A DNA stretch of 45,276 nucleotides from Bacteroidales bacterium. Lineage in GTDB: Bacteria > Bacteroidota > Bacteroidia > Bacteroidales > 4572-128. A model generated the notes under the pieces. It did not search any database. It had not been told where the DNA came from and was given only the letters and a program-made list of their open reading frames with translations. The translations under genes were made by a program, and so were the position numbers. Of the stretch, positions 1-8,867 are shown piece by piece. Positions within the stretch are counted from its first letter, which is position 1; every line of letters starts with the position of its first letter. The stretch lies in the NCBI GenBank assembly GCA_029938235.1, contig JAOZVH010000001.1:1-45276 (forward strand). Reading direction: 5' to 3'.

Positions 1-60
1 TTTCAACATAATAGCGATGTTTCTTATTAATATTAAAAGTTTAATTTAGTTTTATTTATT

Positions 61-145
61 AATGAAAAACATTAAAATTTTAATGTTTTTAAATTATTAA
101 AAAAAAATTTTTCCAAAAAACGTCAAAATTTTAATGTTTTTTATT
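61..145. repeat. Intergenic ~52-bp AT repeat family, one full and one degenerate unit (CGTC orientation)
   Basis: TTCCAAAAAACGTCAAAATTTTAATG at 111-136 matches the core seen in the other arrays. A degenerate copy GAAAAACATTAAAATTTTAATG lies at 64-85. Confidence 0.7.
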
Positions 146-150
146 TGATT

Positions 151-2283
151 TTAAAAATTAATATTAAAACCAATCAAATAAAGCGCCCCAGTATCATCAG
201 CAAAATTAAATTCTTTCTTTTTATCATTTAAAACATTTCTAATGTTTAAGAACAAAACATTATTTTTATATATTTTGTAAGAAAGTTTTAAATTTATTAT
301 TGCTTTTGGTTCAATAAGGCTTATATCAAAAATATATTCATCATTGTCCTCACTCCTAAATTCCTTATTTTCAGAATATTGACTTCCATAAAAATATAAA
401 TTAGAAAAAATATTAAATTTTTCAAAAGGCAAATAATTTACAATTATTCCACCGTAAAATGATGGAGTATATAAATGTTCTTTATTTATTAAACTATCTC
501 CACGTGGAAAATTATAAACATTTGTATACTGTTGAGTATTAAATATTTTTATTTGTAAATTCTCTTTTACAATAAAATTTAAACTATAAGAAAAACCAAT
601 CTGTTTGGATTTCATATCAATATTTGTATATTGAAAACGTCTTGGAACTTCCACTTGTGTTGGTCCCATTTGTATATTTTGCATCTCTATTAGTTTAACA
701 TCAGAAAAATTTTTCGTTTTATTATAGAAAACTTCAAAATCCAATAAAAATTTATTTGCAATTTTTGTTCTATATCCCATTTCATACATATCCATTTGCA
801 TAAGTTTTAAATTTTCATTTCCAATTAAATACATAGGAAATGGAATTGTTTGCATATCAAAATTAGTATAAAAAGTATAAAGAAAAGGACTGGAATTTGA
901 ACGAGAATAAACTGCCCTAAGAATATTATTTTTATTTATTTTATATGTACTTGCAATTTGATAATTTAAATAATTTTCATCTGGTTTATTATAAATGTCA
1001 AAACGAGCCGAAGCTATAAATCTAAATTTTTCAAAAAAAGTATTTTCTATTCTTAATGTAGGAGCAAGATTTTCTATGTATTTTTCATCTTTTAAAAAGC
1101 CTTCGCCTTTTTCTATATCTATATGTTTCCTATCATCATAAATAGATTTTCTATAAGAAAAACCCGGTCTTATAATTAAATTTTTAATCTTATAATTGTA
1201 TTCAGCATCTAAAGAAAAATTATTTATATCAGACTGAAAACCTGAAGAACCAGTTATAAAATTTTGATCTCCGGATAAAAAATTTGCATTAAGATGAAAA
1301 TCATAAATATCACTGTTCAAATTTATATATCTCGTGTTTGAAGTTCTATTATTCATATATGTCTTTCTTCGTCCCATATGAACAGTTTGAATTTCAGAAT
1401 TTTGCATTCCAAATGACAATTTATTTTTTATAAAATCTGAATGATTATAATAAATAAAACTATTTACTCCAAAATTATCATTTGCAAGATTAATATTTGG
1501 ATGTCTTTCTGCTGTTTCCATAGAGTCTTCTTTTGTTGCATCCAGCGAATAAACATATTCTAATGTAGCATATCTATTTTCTTCAGTAAGAAAATATTCC
1601 TCCTGAAAACGCTCTTTATAATTAAAATTTGCATTTAAACCTCCGCCAAATTTTTCTTTTCTATAATTTAGACTTGCGTCCGCAATTTTAGTATTCAAAC
1701 TTCCAAATTGAAAATTTGAATTTACAGAAAGATCTTCTTTATTCTTATTTTCTTTCATTTTTGTGATAATATTTATCACTCCGGAAACAGCATTTGGACC
1801 ATAAAGCGATGATGATGGCCCTCTAATTATTTCTATTTTTTCTATATCATTTACACTTATTGGAAGAGTTTCCCAAAATGTTCCACCTTGAAAATAATTG
1901 TAAACAACTCTATTATCTATCATCACAAGACTCATAAAGTTTACAGATGATAACAAATTAGAAAATAAATTATCATTTCCTCTTATGTGCATATCGAAAT
2001 TTCCATTTGTTTTCTCTCTAACTATTAATCCAGGAACCATTCTAAATAATTCTGCTATGCTTGTTGCACCAGAACTTTTAATTTCTTTTTCTGTTATGAC
2101 AGAAATTGATAATGGTGATTCTATCATTTTTTCGCTTTTTTTAGAAGCTGTTTCAACTTGCAGATTTATTAAATCTTCAAGAGATAAATCCATTAAATAA
2201 TCCATATTTAAAGAATCTTCCTGAGATTTAATATTGCTGAAAGAAAAAAATGTAATAAAAATAATTGTAAATATTTTTTTCAT
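151..2283 (-). CDS. TonB-dependent outer-membrane receptor
   Basis: 710-aa ORF with a signal peptide (MKKIFTIIFITFFSFSNIKSQ). Plug-domain-like motifs are present (ISVITEKEI, AELFRMVPGL, HIRGN, IEIIRGPSSSLYG). A long beta-barrel-like region ends in a terminal aromatic residue (GFNINF). Confidence 0.85.
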   Translation of the reverse strand: MKKIFTIIFITFFSFSNIKSQEDSLNMDYLMDLSLEDLINLQVETASKKSEKMIESPLSISVITEKEIKSSGATSIAELFRMVPGLIVREKTNGNFDMHIRGNDNLFSNLLSSVNFMSLVMIDNRVVYNYFQGGTFWETLPISVNDIEKIEIIRGPSSSLYGPNAVSGVINIITKMKENKNKEDLSVNSNFQFGSLNTKIADASLNYRKEKFGGGLNANFNYKERFQEEYFLTEENRYATLEYVYSLDATKEDSMETAERHPNINLANDNFGVNSFIYYNHSDFIKNKLSFGMQNSEIQTVHMGRRKTYMNNRTSNTRYINLNSDIYDFHLNANFLSGDQNFITGSSGFQSDINNFSLDAEYNYKIKNLIIRPGFSYRKSIYDDRKHIDIEKGEGFLKDEKYIENLAPTLRIENTFFEKFRFIASARFDIYNKPDENYLNYQIASTYKINKNNILRAVYSRSNSSPFLYTFYTNFDMQTIPFPMYLIGNENLKLMQMDMYEMGYRTKIANKFLLDFEVFYNKTKNFSDVKLIEMQNIQMGPTQVEVPRRFQYTNIDMKSKQIGFSYSLNFIVKENLQIKIFNTQQYTNVYNFPRGDSLINKEHLYTPSFYGGIIVNYLPFEKFNIFSNLYFYGSQYSENKEFRSEDNDEYIFDISLIEPKAIINLKLSYKIYKNNVLFLNIRNVLNDKKKEFNFADDTGALYLIGFNINF

Positions 2284-2340
2284 ATTTTTTTATTAAAATG
2301 TAATTTTTTATTAAGGTATATTTATTTTTTAATGAATAAA

Positions 2341-2600
2341 AAAAAACGGCAATTTTTTAACATTTTTAAATTAAAAATTTTTTTTCAAAAATCGTCCAAA
2401 ATTTCAAATTTTTTAATTTCAAAATAAAAAAAATTTTTTTCAAATTCGTCCAAAATTTTAATGTTTTTTAATTTCAAAATAAAAAAATTTTTTTTTCAAA
2501 ATTCGTCCAAAATTTTAATATTTTTAAAATAAAAAAAAACGTCAAAATTTTAATTTTTAAATTATTAAAAAAAAATGACGTTTTTTTCAAAAAATTTTTT
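2341..2600. repeat. Array of ~6 units of the intergenic AT repeat family; last unit inverted and overlapping the gltX 3' end
   Basis: Cores are CGGC 2347, CGTC 2392, 2447, 2504 and 2540, then an inverted TGACG at 2576-2580. Spacing is 36-57 bp. Confidence 0.8.
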
Positions 2601-4136
2601 TATTAATTTTTTTTTTATAATTTCTATACTTTTTTCAATACGATTGATAACTTCTTCTTTTTTAATTAACTCGCAAATTTCAAAAATAGAAGGTCCAAAA
2701 GAAAGTCCAGTTAAAGCTAAACGAAAAACATTTAAAAGCTGTCCCATTTTTAAATTTTTTTCTTCTAAAAAATTTTTAAAAACTTTTTCTATTTCCATTT
2801 TATTGAAATTTTCTATTTTCTGAACTTTAATTTTCAATTCATTTAAAATTTCTGGAGTTTCTTTTTTCCATTTCTTTTTTATAACTTTTTTATCATATTT
2901 TGTCGGTGATTTAAAAAAGTAACTTGCTTGTTCCCAGAAATCTTTTATGAAAACCGCTCTATCTTTCATAGAATTACAAACCTTAGAAACATATTCATCA
3001 GAAAAATTATGATTTTTTTCTTTCAAAATAACTTGAAATAAATTTGTTAATTCTTCATTAGACTTTCTTTTTAAATAATTTTGATTGAACCATTCAGCTT
3101 TTTTATGGTCAAATTTAGAACCAGATTTTCCAACTCTCTCCAAAGAAAATTCTTTAATTAGCTCTTCCATAGAAAAAAGTTCTTTTGTTGTTCCGGGATT
3201 CCAACCAAGAAAAGCAAGCATATTTACAAAAGCATCAGAAAAATAACCATCTTCTTTGTAACCAGATGAAATTTCTTTTGTTTTTGGGTCTTCCCAGCGC
3301 AAAGGAAAAACAGGAAATCCCATTTTATCTCCGTCTCTTTTACTTAATTTTCCCTTTCCATTTGGTTTTAAAAGAAGTGGAAGATGAGCAAATTCTGGCA
3401 TATCTTTTTCCCATCCAAGATATTGATACAAAAGTTTATGCGTTGGTAAAGAAGGTAACCATTCCTCTCCTCTAATAACGTGAGAAATTTTCATTAAATG
3501 ATCATCTACGACATTTGCAAGATGATAAGTCGGCATACCGTCAGATTTAAAAATAACTTTATCGTCTAATTTTGAAGAATGAAATTCTACCCAACCTCTG
3601 ATAATATCGTAAATTTTAACCTTTTCATTTCTTGGAATTTTTATTCTAATAACATAAGGAACATTATTATCAAGTAATTTTTTTACTTCATCTGCCGACA
3701 AAGTCAAAGAATTTCGCATATTTAATCTGGTAATTCCATTATATTGTGGTGTTTTTACTTTTGCTTTTCTCAAATCTGCACGCATTTTTTCCAGTTCTTC
3801 AGATGTATCGAAAGCGTAGTAAGCAAAATTTTCTTTTAATAATTTATCAGCATATTTTTTATAAATTTTTTTTCTTTCTGACTGTCGGTAAGGAGCAAAA
3901 TCTCCACCTATTCCAACTCCTTCATCGAAATTTATATTACACCATTTTAAAGATTCTATAATATATTTTTCCGCTCCTTCAACATAACGATTTTGGTCAG
4001 TGTCTTCTATTCTCAAAATAAAATCCCCATTATGTTTTTTTGCAAATAAATAATTAAATAAAGCAGTGCGTACACCACCGATATGTAAAGCTCCGGTTGG
4101 ACTTGGAGCAAAACGTAATCTTACTTTTTTTTCCAT
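2565..4136 (-). CDS. gltX: Glutamate--tRNA ligase (GluRS)
   Basis: 523-aa ORF with the class I HIGH motif (PSPTGALHIGGVRTA) and a KMSKS-type motif (KLSKR). The GluRS-like catalytic core and anticodon-binding tail are present. The last ~15 codons are encoded by a repeat unit. Confidence 0.93.
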   Translation of the reverse strand: MEKKVRLRFAPSPTGALHIGGVRTALFNYLFAKKHNGDFILRIEDTDQNRYVEGAEKYIIESLKWCNINFDEGVGIGGDFAPYRQSERKKIYKKYADKLLKENFAYYAFDTSEELEKMRADLRKAKVKTPQYNGITRLNMRNSLTLSADEVKKLLDNNVPYVIRIKIPRNEKVKIYDIIRGWVEFHSSKLDDKVIFKSDGMPTYHLANVVDDHLMKISHVIRGEEWLPSLPTHKLLYQYLGWEKDMPEFAHLPLLLKPNGKGKLSKRDGDKMGFPVFPLRWEDPKTKEISSGYKEDGYFSDAFVNMLAFLGWNPGTTKELFSMEELIKEFSLERVGKSGSKFDHKKAEWFNQNYLKRKSNEELTNLFQVILKEKNHNFSDEYVSKVCNSMKDRAVFIKDFWEQASYFFKSPTKYDKKVIKKKWKKETPEILNELKIKVQKIENFNKMEIEKVFKNFLEEKNLKMGQLLNVFRLALTGLSFGPSIFEICELIKKEEVINRIEKSIEIIKKKLIKKFFEKNVIFF

Positions 4137-4215
4137 TTTAAATAATTTTTTACAAAAATATATTTTTTTTTAAAAAAAAATTTACTTTTATGAATATTTT
4201 AAATTTTATATTTTT

Positions 4216-5343
4216 ATGAAAAAAAATTTTTTTCTCATTTTTACGTTTTTTTTTACATTTTTTTGTTTTGCAAAATCTCAAAAATCTGATACTATTTGTT
4301 TTGCAAAAATTTTAAAAAGAGGTGTAATTAATGTTATTCCGGAGAATTTAAACAAAAAGGAAATTATTTTCAATGCCGAAGCTTCCGGAGTTACTTTTGT
4401 TAATGGAAATTTATTTATTGGAAATGACAAGTCCATTCCAGATGCATCGCCAATTTTCAAAATTCCATGTAATAATAATTTTCAATTGGATAGTATCTTT
4501 TTTATAGAAAATGAAACAATTTTAAATACAAAAAAAATAGAAGATTTAAGCTGTACAATAGATGAAAAATTTATTATAGCAATTTCCGGATTTGACAGAG
4601 TAAGAAAAAAAAATAATTCTTGGGATAATTATAATAATATTATTTTTTGGAAAAATAATTTTGAAAATAATGTAAAAATTATTTCACCCATTGAAAATAA
4701 TAAAATTATTAGTTCTGTAAATTTAAGAGAGCATTTTTTAAAACTCTTGGAAAGCAAAAAATTCCAAAATGGAATAAATTATTTTAAAATAGAAGGTTTA
4801 GCTGTTTTGCCAGAAAATAAATTGCTTTTTGGAATAAGAGAAATTGGAAAAAATTACACAGATTTTGAATATACAATAACGTTAATTTCGGTAGATTATT
4901 TTATTGAAAAAGAAACAATTAAATTAAAAAATAATTTTGAATTATTGTATAAACTTACAAAAAATAATTTTCCAGAAATAAATGAAGAAATTGGTGTTTC
5001 TTCATTAGAATATGATAAATTTAATGATAAAATTTATTTGCTTGTTTCTTATGAATTAGCAGAAATTGATATTGCTATGGGTGGATATTTATTGGAAATT
5101 TCCATGTCTGATTTCAACAAAAAAAAGGATTTTAAAATTGTAAAAGATGAAAATAATAAAGCCATACATTTTGCTCACAAAAGCGAAGGAATTGCAATTA
5201 TTGACAAAAGTACAATTTTTGTCATACACGATGATGATAGAGTTACCGGAAGAAAAAATCCTGTAAATTTAGAAAAAGAATTTTTTAGAAAAAATAATCA
5301 AGCTGCTTTTACGGTAGTAAAAAAAATAAAAATAAAAAAATAA
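4216..5343 (+). CDS. Secreted hypothetical protein (possible beta-propeller-like fold; family not recognised)
   Basis: 375-aa ORF with an N-terminal signal peptide (MKKNFFLIFTFFFTFFCFAKSQ). It has coding-like composition and no competing ORF. No catalytic motif was identified. Confidence 0.6.
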   Translation: MKKNFFLIFTFFFTFFCFAKSQKSDTICFAKILKRGVINVIPENLNKKEIIFNAEASGVTFVNGNLFIGNDKSIPDASPIFKIPCNNNFQLDSIFFIENETILNTKKIEDLSCTIDEKFIIAISGFDRVRKKNNSWDNYNNIIFWKNNFENNVKIISPIENNKIISSVNLREHFLKLLESKKFQNGINYFKIEGLAVLPENKLLFGIREIGKNYTDFEYTITLISVDYFIEKETIKLKNNFELLYKLTKNNFPEINEEIGVSSLEYDKFNDKIYLLVSYELAEIDIAMGGYLLEISMSDFNKKKDFKIVKDENNKAIHFAHKSEGIAIIDKSTIFVIHDDDRVTGRKNPVNLEKEFFRKNNQAAFTVVKKIKIKK

Positions 5344-5382
5344 AAAAAATTATTACTTTTAATAAATTTTTAAAAAGATAAT

Positions 5383-6297
5383 ATGGTTTATAAGTTAAAA
5401 ATAATTTCAATATTGTTTTTTGTAATTTTGATTTTTTCATCAAGCGATTATAAGGCTTATCAAATTTACACAAAAACAGGTAAAAAAGTTGATTTCGAAG
5501 ATCTTATAAAATCGTCTGCAGAAAGCGATTTTGTTTTTTTTGGAGAATTGCATAATAATCCTATTTGTCATTGGTTGGAGCTTGAGCTGACAAAAAAACT
5601 GTACCAAAAGAAAAAAGATAAATTAATTCTTGGTGCAGAAATGTTTGAAACAGACGACCAATTAAAAATAGACGAATATTTTGCTGGTTTAATAAAGCAA
5701 AGAAATTTTGAAAGCGAAGCAAAACTTTGGCCAAACTATTCTACAGATTACAAGCCTTTTTTCGAGTTTGCAAAAGAAAAGAAATTAAAATTTGTTGCGA
5801 CAAATATCCCCAGACGTTATGCTTCTTATGTAGCAAAAAATGGCTTAAAAAGTTTGAAAAATCTAAGCAAAGAAGCGAAAGAATTTTTACCAGATTTGCC
5901 AATAAAAGCAAATATGGAATTAGAAAGCTACAAAAAAATGGAAAATATGAATATGGGAATGAAGAAGAAAAAAAGCAAAATGCCAAAAAAAATGATGATG
6001 AAAAAAAAGTCTCAAAAGATACACATCGCTGAAGCTCAGGCATCAAAAGATGCTTGTATGTCATATTTTATTTTGGAATATTGGAAAAAGAAAAAAACTT
6101 TTCTTCATTTTAATGGAACTTATCACTCTGATAATTACGAGGGAATAGTTTATTTTATAAAAGAAGAAAAACCAAAATCAAAAATCATTACAATAGCAAC
6201 GGTAATGGAAGAAAATATTAATGAATGGAATAAAGAAAATGAAAATTTGGCAGATTTTATTATCGTTGTTCCTAATAATATGACAACATCATATTAA
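5383..6297 (+). CDS. ChaN-like (haem-binding uptake, Tiki superfamily) periplasmic or lipoprotein-like protein
   Basis: 304-aa ORF with a signal peptide. The FVFFGELHNNPICHW segment resembles the GE-H signature of ChaN/Cofac_haem_bdg proteins. It also carries a Met/Lys-rich insert. Confidence 0.55.
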   Translation: MVYKLKIISILFFVILIFSSSDYKAYQIYTKTGKKVDFEDLIKSSAESDFVFFGELHNNPICHWLELELTKKLYQKKKDKLILGAEMFETDDQLKIDEYFAGLIKQRNFESEAKLWPNYSTDYKPFFEFAKEKKLKFVATNIPRRYASYVAKNGLKSLKNLSKEAKEFLPDLPIKANMELESYKKMENMNMGMKKKKSKMPKKMMMKKKSQKIHIAEAQASKDACMSYFILEYWKKKKTFLHFNGTYHSDNYEGIVYFIKEEKPKSKIITIATVMEENINEWNKENENLADFIIVVPNNMTTSY

Positions 6298-6320
6298 AAT
6301 TTTTTCAAAATCATTAAAAC

Positions 6321-6352
6321 AAACATTGGTGTTTTAAAAAAAACCAATGTTT
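6321..6352. terminator. Hairpin downstream of the ChaN-like gene (candidate terminator)
   Basis: Perfect 10-bp arms AAACATTGGT (6321-6330) and ACCAATGTTT (6343-6352) flank a 12-nt loop. The hairpin sits 24 nt after the stop at 6297. It is flanked by A/T runs but has no clean 3' U-tract on the + strand. Confidence 0.4.
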
Positions 6353-6354
6353 AA

Positions 6355-6470
6355 AAAAAAAATTTTTCAAAAATCGTCCAAAATTTTAATATTTTTAAAA
6401 TCAAAATAAAAAAAATTTTTTTCAAAAAACGCCGAAATTTTAACATTTTTAAATTTCAAAATAAAAAAAA
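6355..6470. repeat. Two units of the intergenic AT repeat family (CGTC orientation)
   Basis: TTTTTCAAAAATCGTCCAAAATTTTAATA has its core at 6375-6378. TTTTTTTCAAAAAACGCCGAAATTTTAACA has its core at 6430-6433. Confidence 0.8.
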
Positions 6471-6477
6471 ATCAAAA

Positions 6478-7134
6478 TTATTTACAATATATAAATTTAA
6501 CAGCTTGCAAATTTATATAAATTTGTTTTAAATTTTCAAAATCTAAAGCGTCAAATCCCTTAGAAACAAAATATTCATAATTATTATTCTCTGATTTTTC
6601 TAAAATAATAAATTGCCAAAATCTACCGATTACAAAACTTCCTATAATTTTTTTAGAATTATTCAAATTTATAGCAGCAAGCATCGCTGCAAGAACTTGA
6701 TTTTCTGGATTACCATAAGCGTTGAGCGACTTTTTATATTCTTGCAAAAAGAAAAATGGATTTTTAGGTTTTTCTATTCCTTTTGCAACCAAAAAGTCTG
6801 GTATTCCTTTGAATGTAAAGCCATTAATTTCGGCAATAATTTCATTTTGATACCAATCAAAAACATCTTTAAATTGAAAATTTACCCTAAGCAAAATAGG
6901 AGCAACAAATCGCATAGATAATTTTTGCTCATTATAATAAGATAAATATAACTCATTAACAGAAATGAGTTCTTTCAAAAAATCAATTTCGTTTTCAGTG
7001 ATTTTATAATCATAAGAAAACCATTTTTCAAATTTTTTATAATTAACTATTTTTTTAATATTAACAACTTTCATTAATTCTTCAAGTCCAGCGTTCCTAA
7101 AAGGAATAATCTTTTTATCATTATTTATTAACAT
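6478..7134 (-). CDS. PD-(D/E)xK-like nuclease-fold protein (HsdR-N-terminal-like), paralog of 15604..16383
   Basis: 218-aa ORF, roughly 55-60% identical by eye to the 259-aa ORF at 15604..16383. The conserved string NEQ...GIPDF-x18-LQEYKK...QVLAAMLAA fits an E...PD...(D/E)xK core. Confidence 0.55.
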   Translation of the reverse strand: MLINNDKKIIPFRNAGLEELMKVVNIKKIVNYKKFEKWFSYDYKITENEIDFLKELISVNELYLSYYNEQKLSMRFVAPILLRVNFQFKDVFDWYQNEIIAEINGFTFKGIPDFLVAKGIEKPKNPFFFLQEYKKSLNAYGNPENQVLAAMLAAINLNNSKKIIGSFVIGRFWQFIILEKSENNNYEYFVSKGFDALDFENLKQIYINLQAVKFIYCK

Positions 7135-7189
7135 ATCTATTTTTTTTTTAGATTTAAAAATTTACAATTTATAATATATATTTTTTTTT

Positions 7190-7525
7190 AATTAAAAAAA
7201 TTCGTAAAATTTTGCCATTTTATCAAAAAATTTTTTTTTTATAATTTAAAATCATTAAAAAATTGACGTTTTTTTCAAAAAAATTTTTTTGATAATTTAA
7301 AATCATTAAAAAATTGACGTTTTTTTCGAAAAAATTTTTTTTTATAATTTATAATCATTAAAAAATTGACGTTTTTTTCAAAAAAAAATTTTTTTGATAA
7401 TTTAAAATCATTAAAATTTGCCGATTTTGAAAAAAAATTTATTTTTAATAAAAAAAAATCATTAAAAAATTGACGTTTTTTTGAAAAAAATTTTTTTTTA
7501 ATAAATTAAAATCGTAAAAAAATTA
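7190..7525. repeat. Array of ~6 tandem units of the intergenic AT repeat family (GACG orientation)
   Basis: The unit is GATAATTTAAAATCATTAAAAAATTGACGTTTTTTTCAAAAAAATTTTTTT. G/C anchors lie at about 7214, 7265, 7316, 7368, 7419 and 7472, giving a 51-53 bp period. A perfect 18-bp palindrome TCAAAAAAATTTTTTTGA lies at 7275-7292. Confidence 0.9.
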
Positions 7526-7657
7526 TATTTTTATATTTTTCAAATTTTATATTTTTATAAAATAAATTTTATAATTTTGTGTTTTATATAAAATATATTT
7601 TTTTTGAAAAAAAAATTATAAATAATTTGTATTTTAATTTTATTAAATTTTAAATAA

Positions 7658-7897
7658 ATGGAATATTTATATCATGATATTACTGAAGTAATTGATAATA
7701 AAATCAATTTAATTCTACCAGATTATATAAATACAAAAAAAGTAGAAATTATTATTTTTCCTTTTGAAATTCCGAAAAATCTAAAAAATAAAGTAGATTA
7801 TAATAAATATTTTGGAGTTTCTGACATTGGTGAAAATTTGATTGATAAACACTTAAAAAATATAAGGAATGAATGGAAAAGAAAAATTCTTGATTGA
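7658..7897 (+). CDS. Putative type II antitoxin (VapB-like by position)
   Basis: 79-aa ORF immediately upstream of a PIN-domain gene and overlapping it by 29 nt, which is the classic TA layout. No specific family was recognised. Confidence 0.5.
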   Translation: MEYLYHDITEVIDNKINLILPDYINTKKVEIIIFPFEIPKNLKNKVDYNKYFGVSDIGENLIDKHLKNIRNEWKRKILD

Positions 7898-8266
7898 TAC
7901 CAATATTTTGATTTATTTTTTTGATGGGAAATTAACTCATAAACAAAAGGAAATAGTTATCAAAATTTTTCAAAAATCATTTAATATATCTGTAATATCA
8001 AAAATTGAATTTTTAGGTTTTAAAGATTATATTGATGATATAAAATATGAAAAAGCAAAAGATTTTTTGAATTACGCGAAAATAATACCATTTTCTGATA
8101 ATTTAATATATAAAATTATTGATATTAAACAAAAATATAACTTAAAGATGGAGATGCAATTATTGCTGCTACAGCATTAATTAATAATTTAACCGTTGTA
8201 ACTAGAAATCAAAAAGATTTTGAAAAAATTAAATCTATAAAAATTTTAAATCCATTCAATATTTAA
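7869..8266 (+). pseudogene. vapC: PIN-domain toxin (VapC-like) interrupted by a 1-nt frameshift
   Basis: Frame 0 gives MNGKEKFLIDTNILIYFFDG...ISKIEFLGF...KQKYNLK and then nonsense, ending at 8180. The next frame, open from 8141, gives LKDGDAIIAATALINNLTVVTRNQKDFEKIKSIKILNPFNI with its stop at 8264-8266. That sequence is the canonical PIN C-terminus. The shift lies in the A-run of TTAAAGAT (8142-8149). Confidence 0.7.
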
Positions 8267-8274
8267 AATTTTTT

Positions 8275-8365
8275 TATAAAATTAAATCATTAAAATTTTG
8301 CCATTTTTTGAAAAAAAAAATCATTAAAAAATTGACGTTTTTTTCAAAAAAAAAATTTTTAAAAT
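8275..8365. repeat. Two units of the intergenic AT repeat family (GACG orientation)
   Basis: AATCATTAAAATTTTGCCATTTTTTGAAAAAAAAAA is followed by TCATTAAAAAATTGACGTTTTTTTCAAAAAAAAAA. Confidence 0.8.
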
Positions 8366-8428
8366 ATAAAAAAATTTATATTTTAAAAATTAGAAAATTC
8401 TTAAAATCAAAAGAAATATATTTATTTA

Positions 8429-8833
8429 TTAAATAACAATTATTTCTGATTTAGTTTCGCCCTCTTTAATTGTTACTGCAGTATGTCCTAAAATAACATT
8501 TTCATTTAATTCGTCGAAAACAACAAAATAAAAAGTTTTTTGTGGTGTATTAATTATTTCTAAATCAAATGTTCGCAATTCAAAAGTTGCAATACCGTCA
8601 CTATTTGTAACAACTTCCCTTTTGCTAAAAAGAGGATCATTACCAAATGGACTTGATATTGATTTATCAAACATATAAACAATAATTCCTTTCTGCTTCT
8701 CTCCAGATTGATTTTTTATTATTATGGAAATTTTAGATGATACAATATCATCTTCTTCTTCATCTTTTTTACAACTTGCAAACACAATAAATAATGCCAA
8801 AATACTTATTAATAAAAATTTATTCTCTCTCAT
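8429..8833 (-). CDS. Small lipoprotein, possibly with a carboxypeptidase-regulatory/Ig-like beta-sandwich fold
   Basis: 134-aa ORF with a lipobox (LFIVFASC) followed by an acidic linker. An all-beta-like pattern is visible (VTNSDGIATFEL). It lies 35 nt downstream of the barrel gene on the same strand, so an operon is likely. Confidence 0.65.
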   Translation of the reverse strand: MRENKFLLISILALFIVFASCKKDEEEDDIVSSKISIIIKNQSGEKQKGIIVYMFDKSISSPFGNDPLFSKREVVTNSDGIATFELRTFDLEIINTPQKTFYFVVFDELNENVILGHTAVTIKEGETKSEIIVI

Positions 8834-8867
8834 AAAATTTAATTTTAAATTTATTTTTATAATAATT

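Noticed and set aside
4151-4160. Bacteroidota sigma-A -7 boxes (TAnnTTTG), e.g. TATTTTTG on the minus strand upstream of gltX and TAATTTTG at 25957-25964 upstream of the T9SS gene
   Set aside because: The positions are plausible. However, an 8-mer made only of T, A and one G is expected by chance many times in DNA this AT-rich, and no matching -33 TTTG at correct spacing was found. The support is too weak to list these as features.
1985-4460. Antisense or overlapping ORFs inside the TonB receptor, gltX and the secreted protein gene (1985..2200, 2575..2823, 3185..3475, 3746..3961, 4278..4460)
   Set aside because: All lie wholly within longer ORFs that have clear family motifs on the other strand. 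Their translations are low-complexity and typical of antisense frames in AT-rich DNA.
5727-6064. ORFs 5727..6032 (+) and 5741..6064 (-) overlapping the ChaN-like gene
   Set aside because: They are alternative-frame or antisense readings through the Lys/Met-rich low-complexity insert. The ChaN-like frame is the one with a signal peptide and a family motif.
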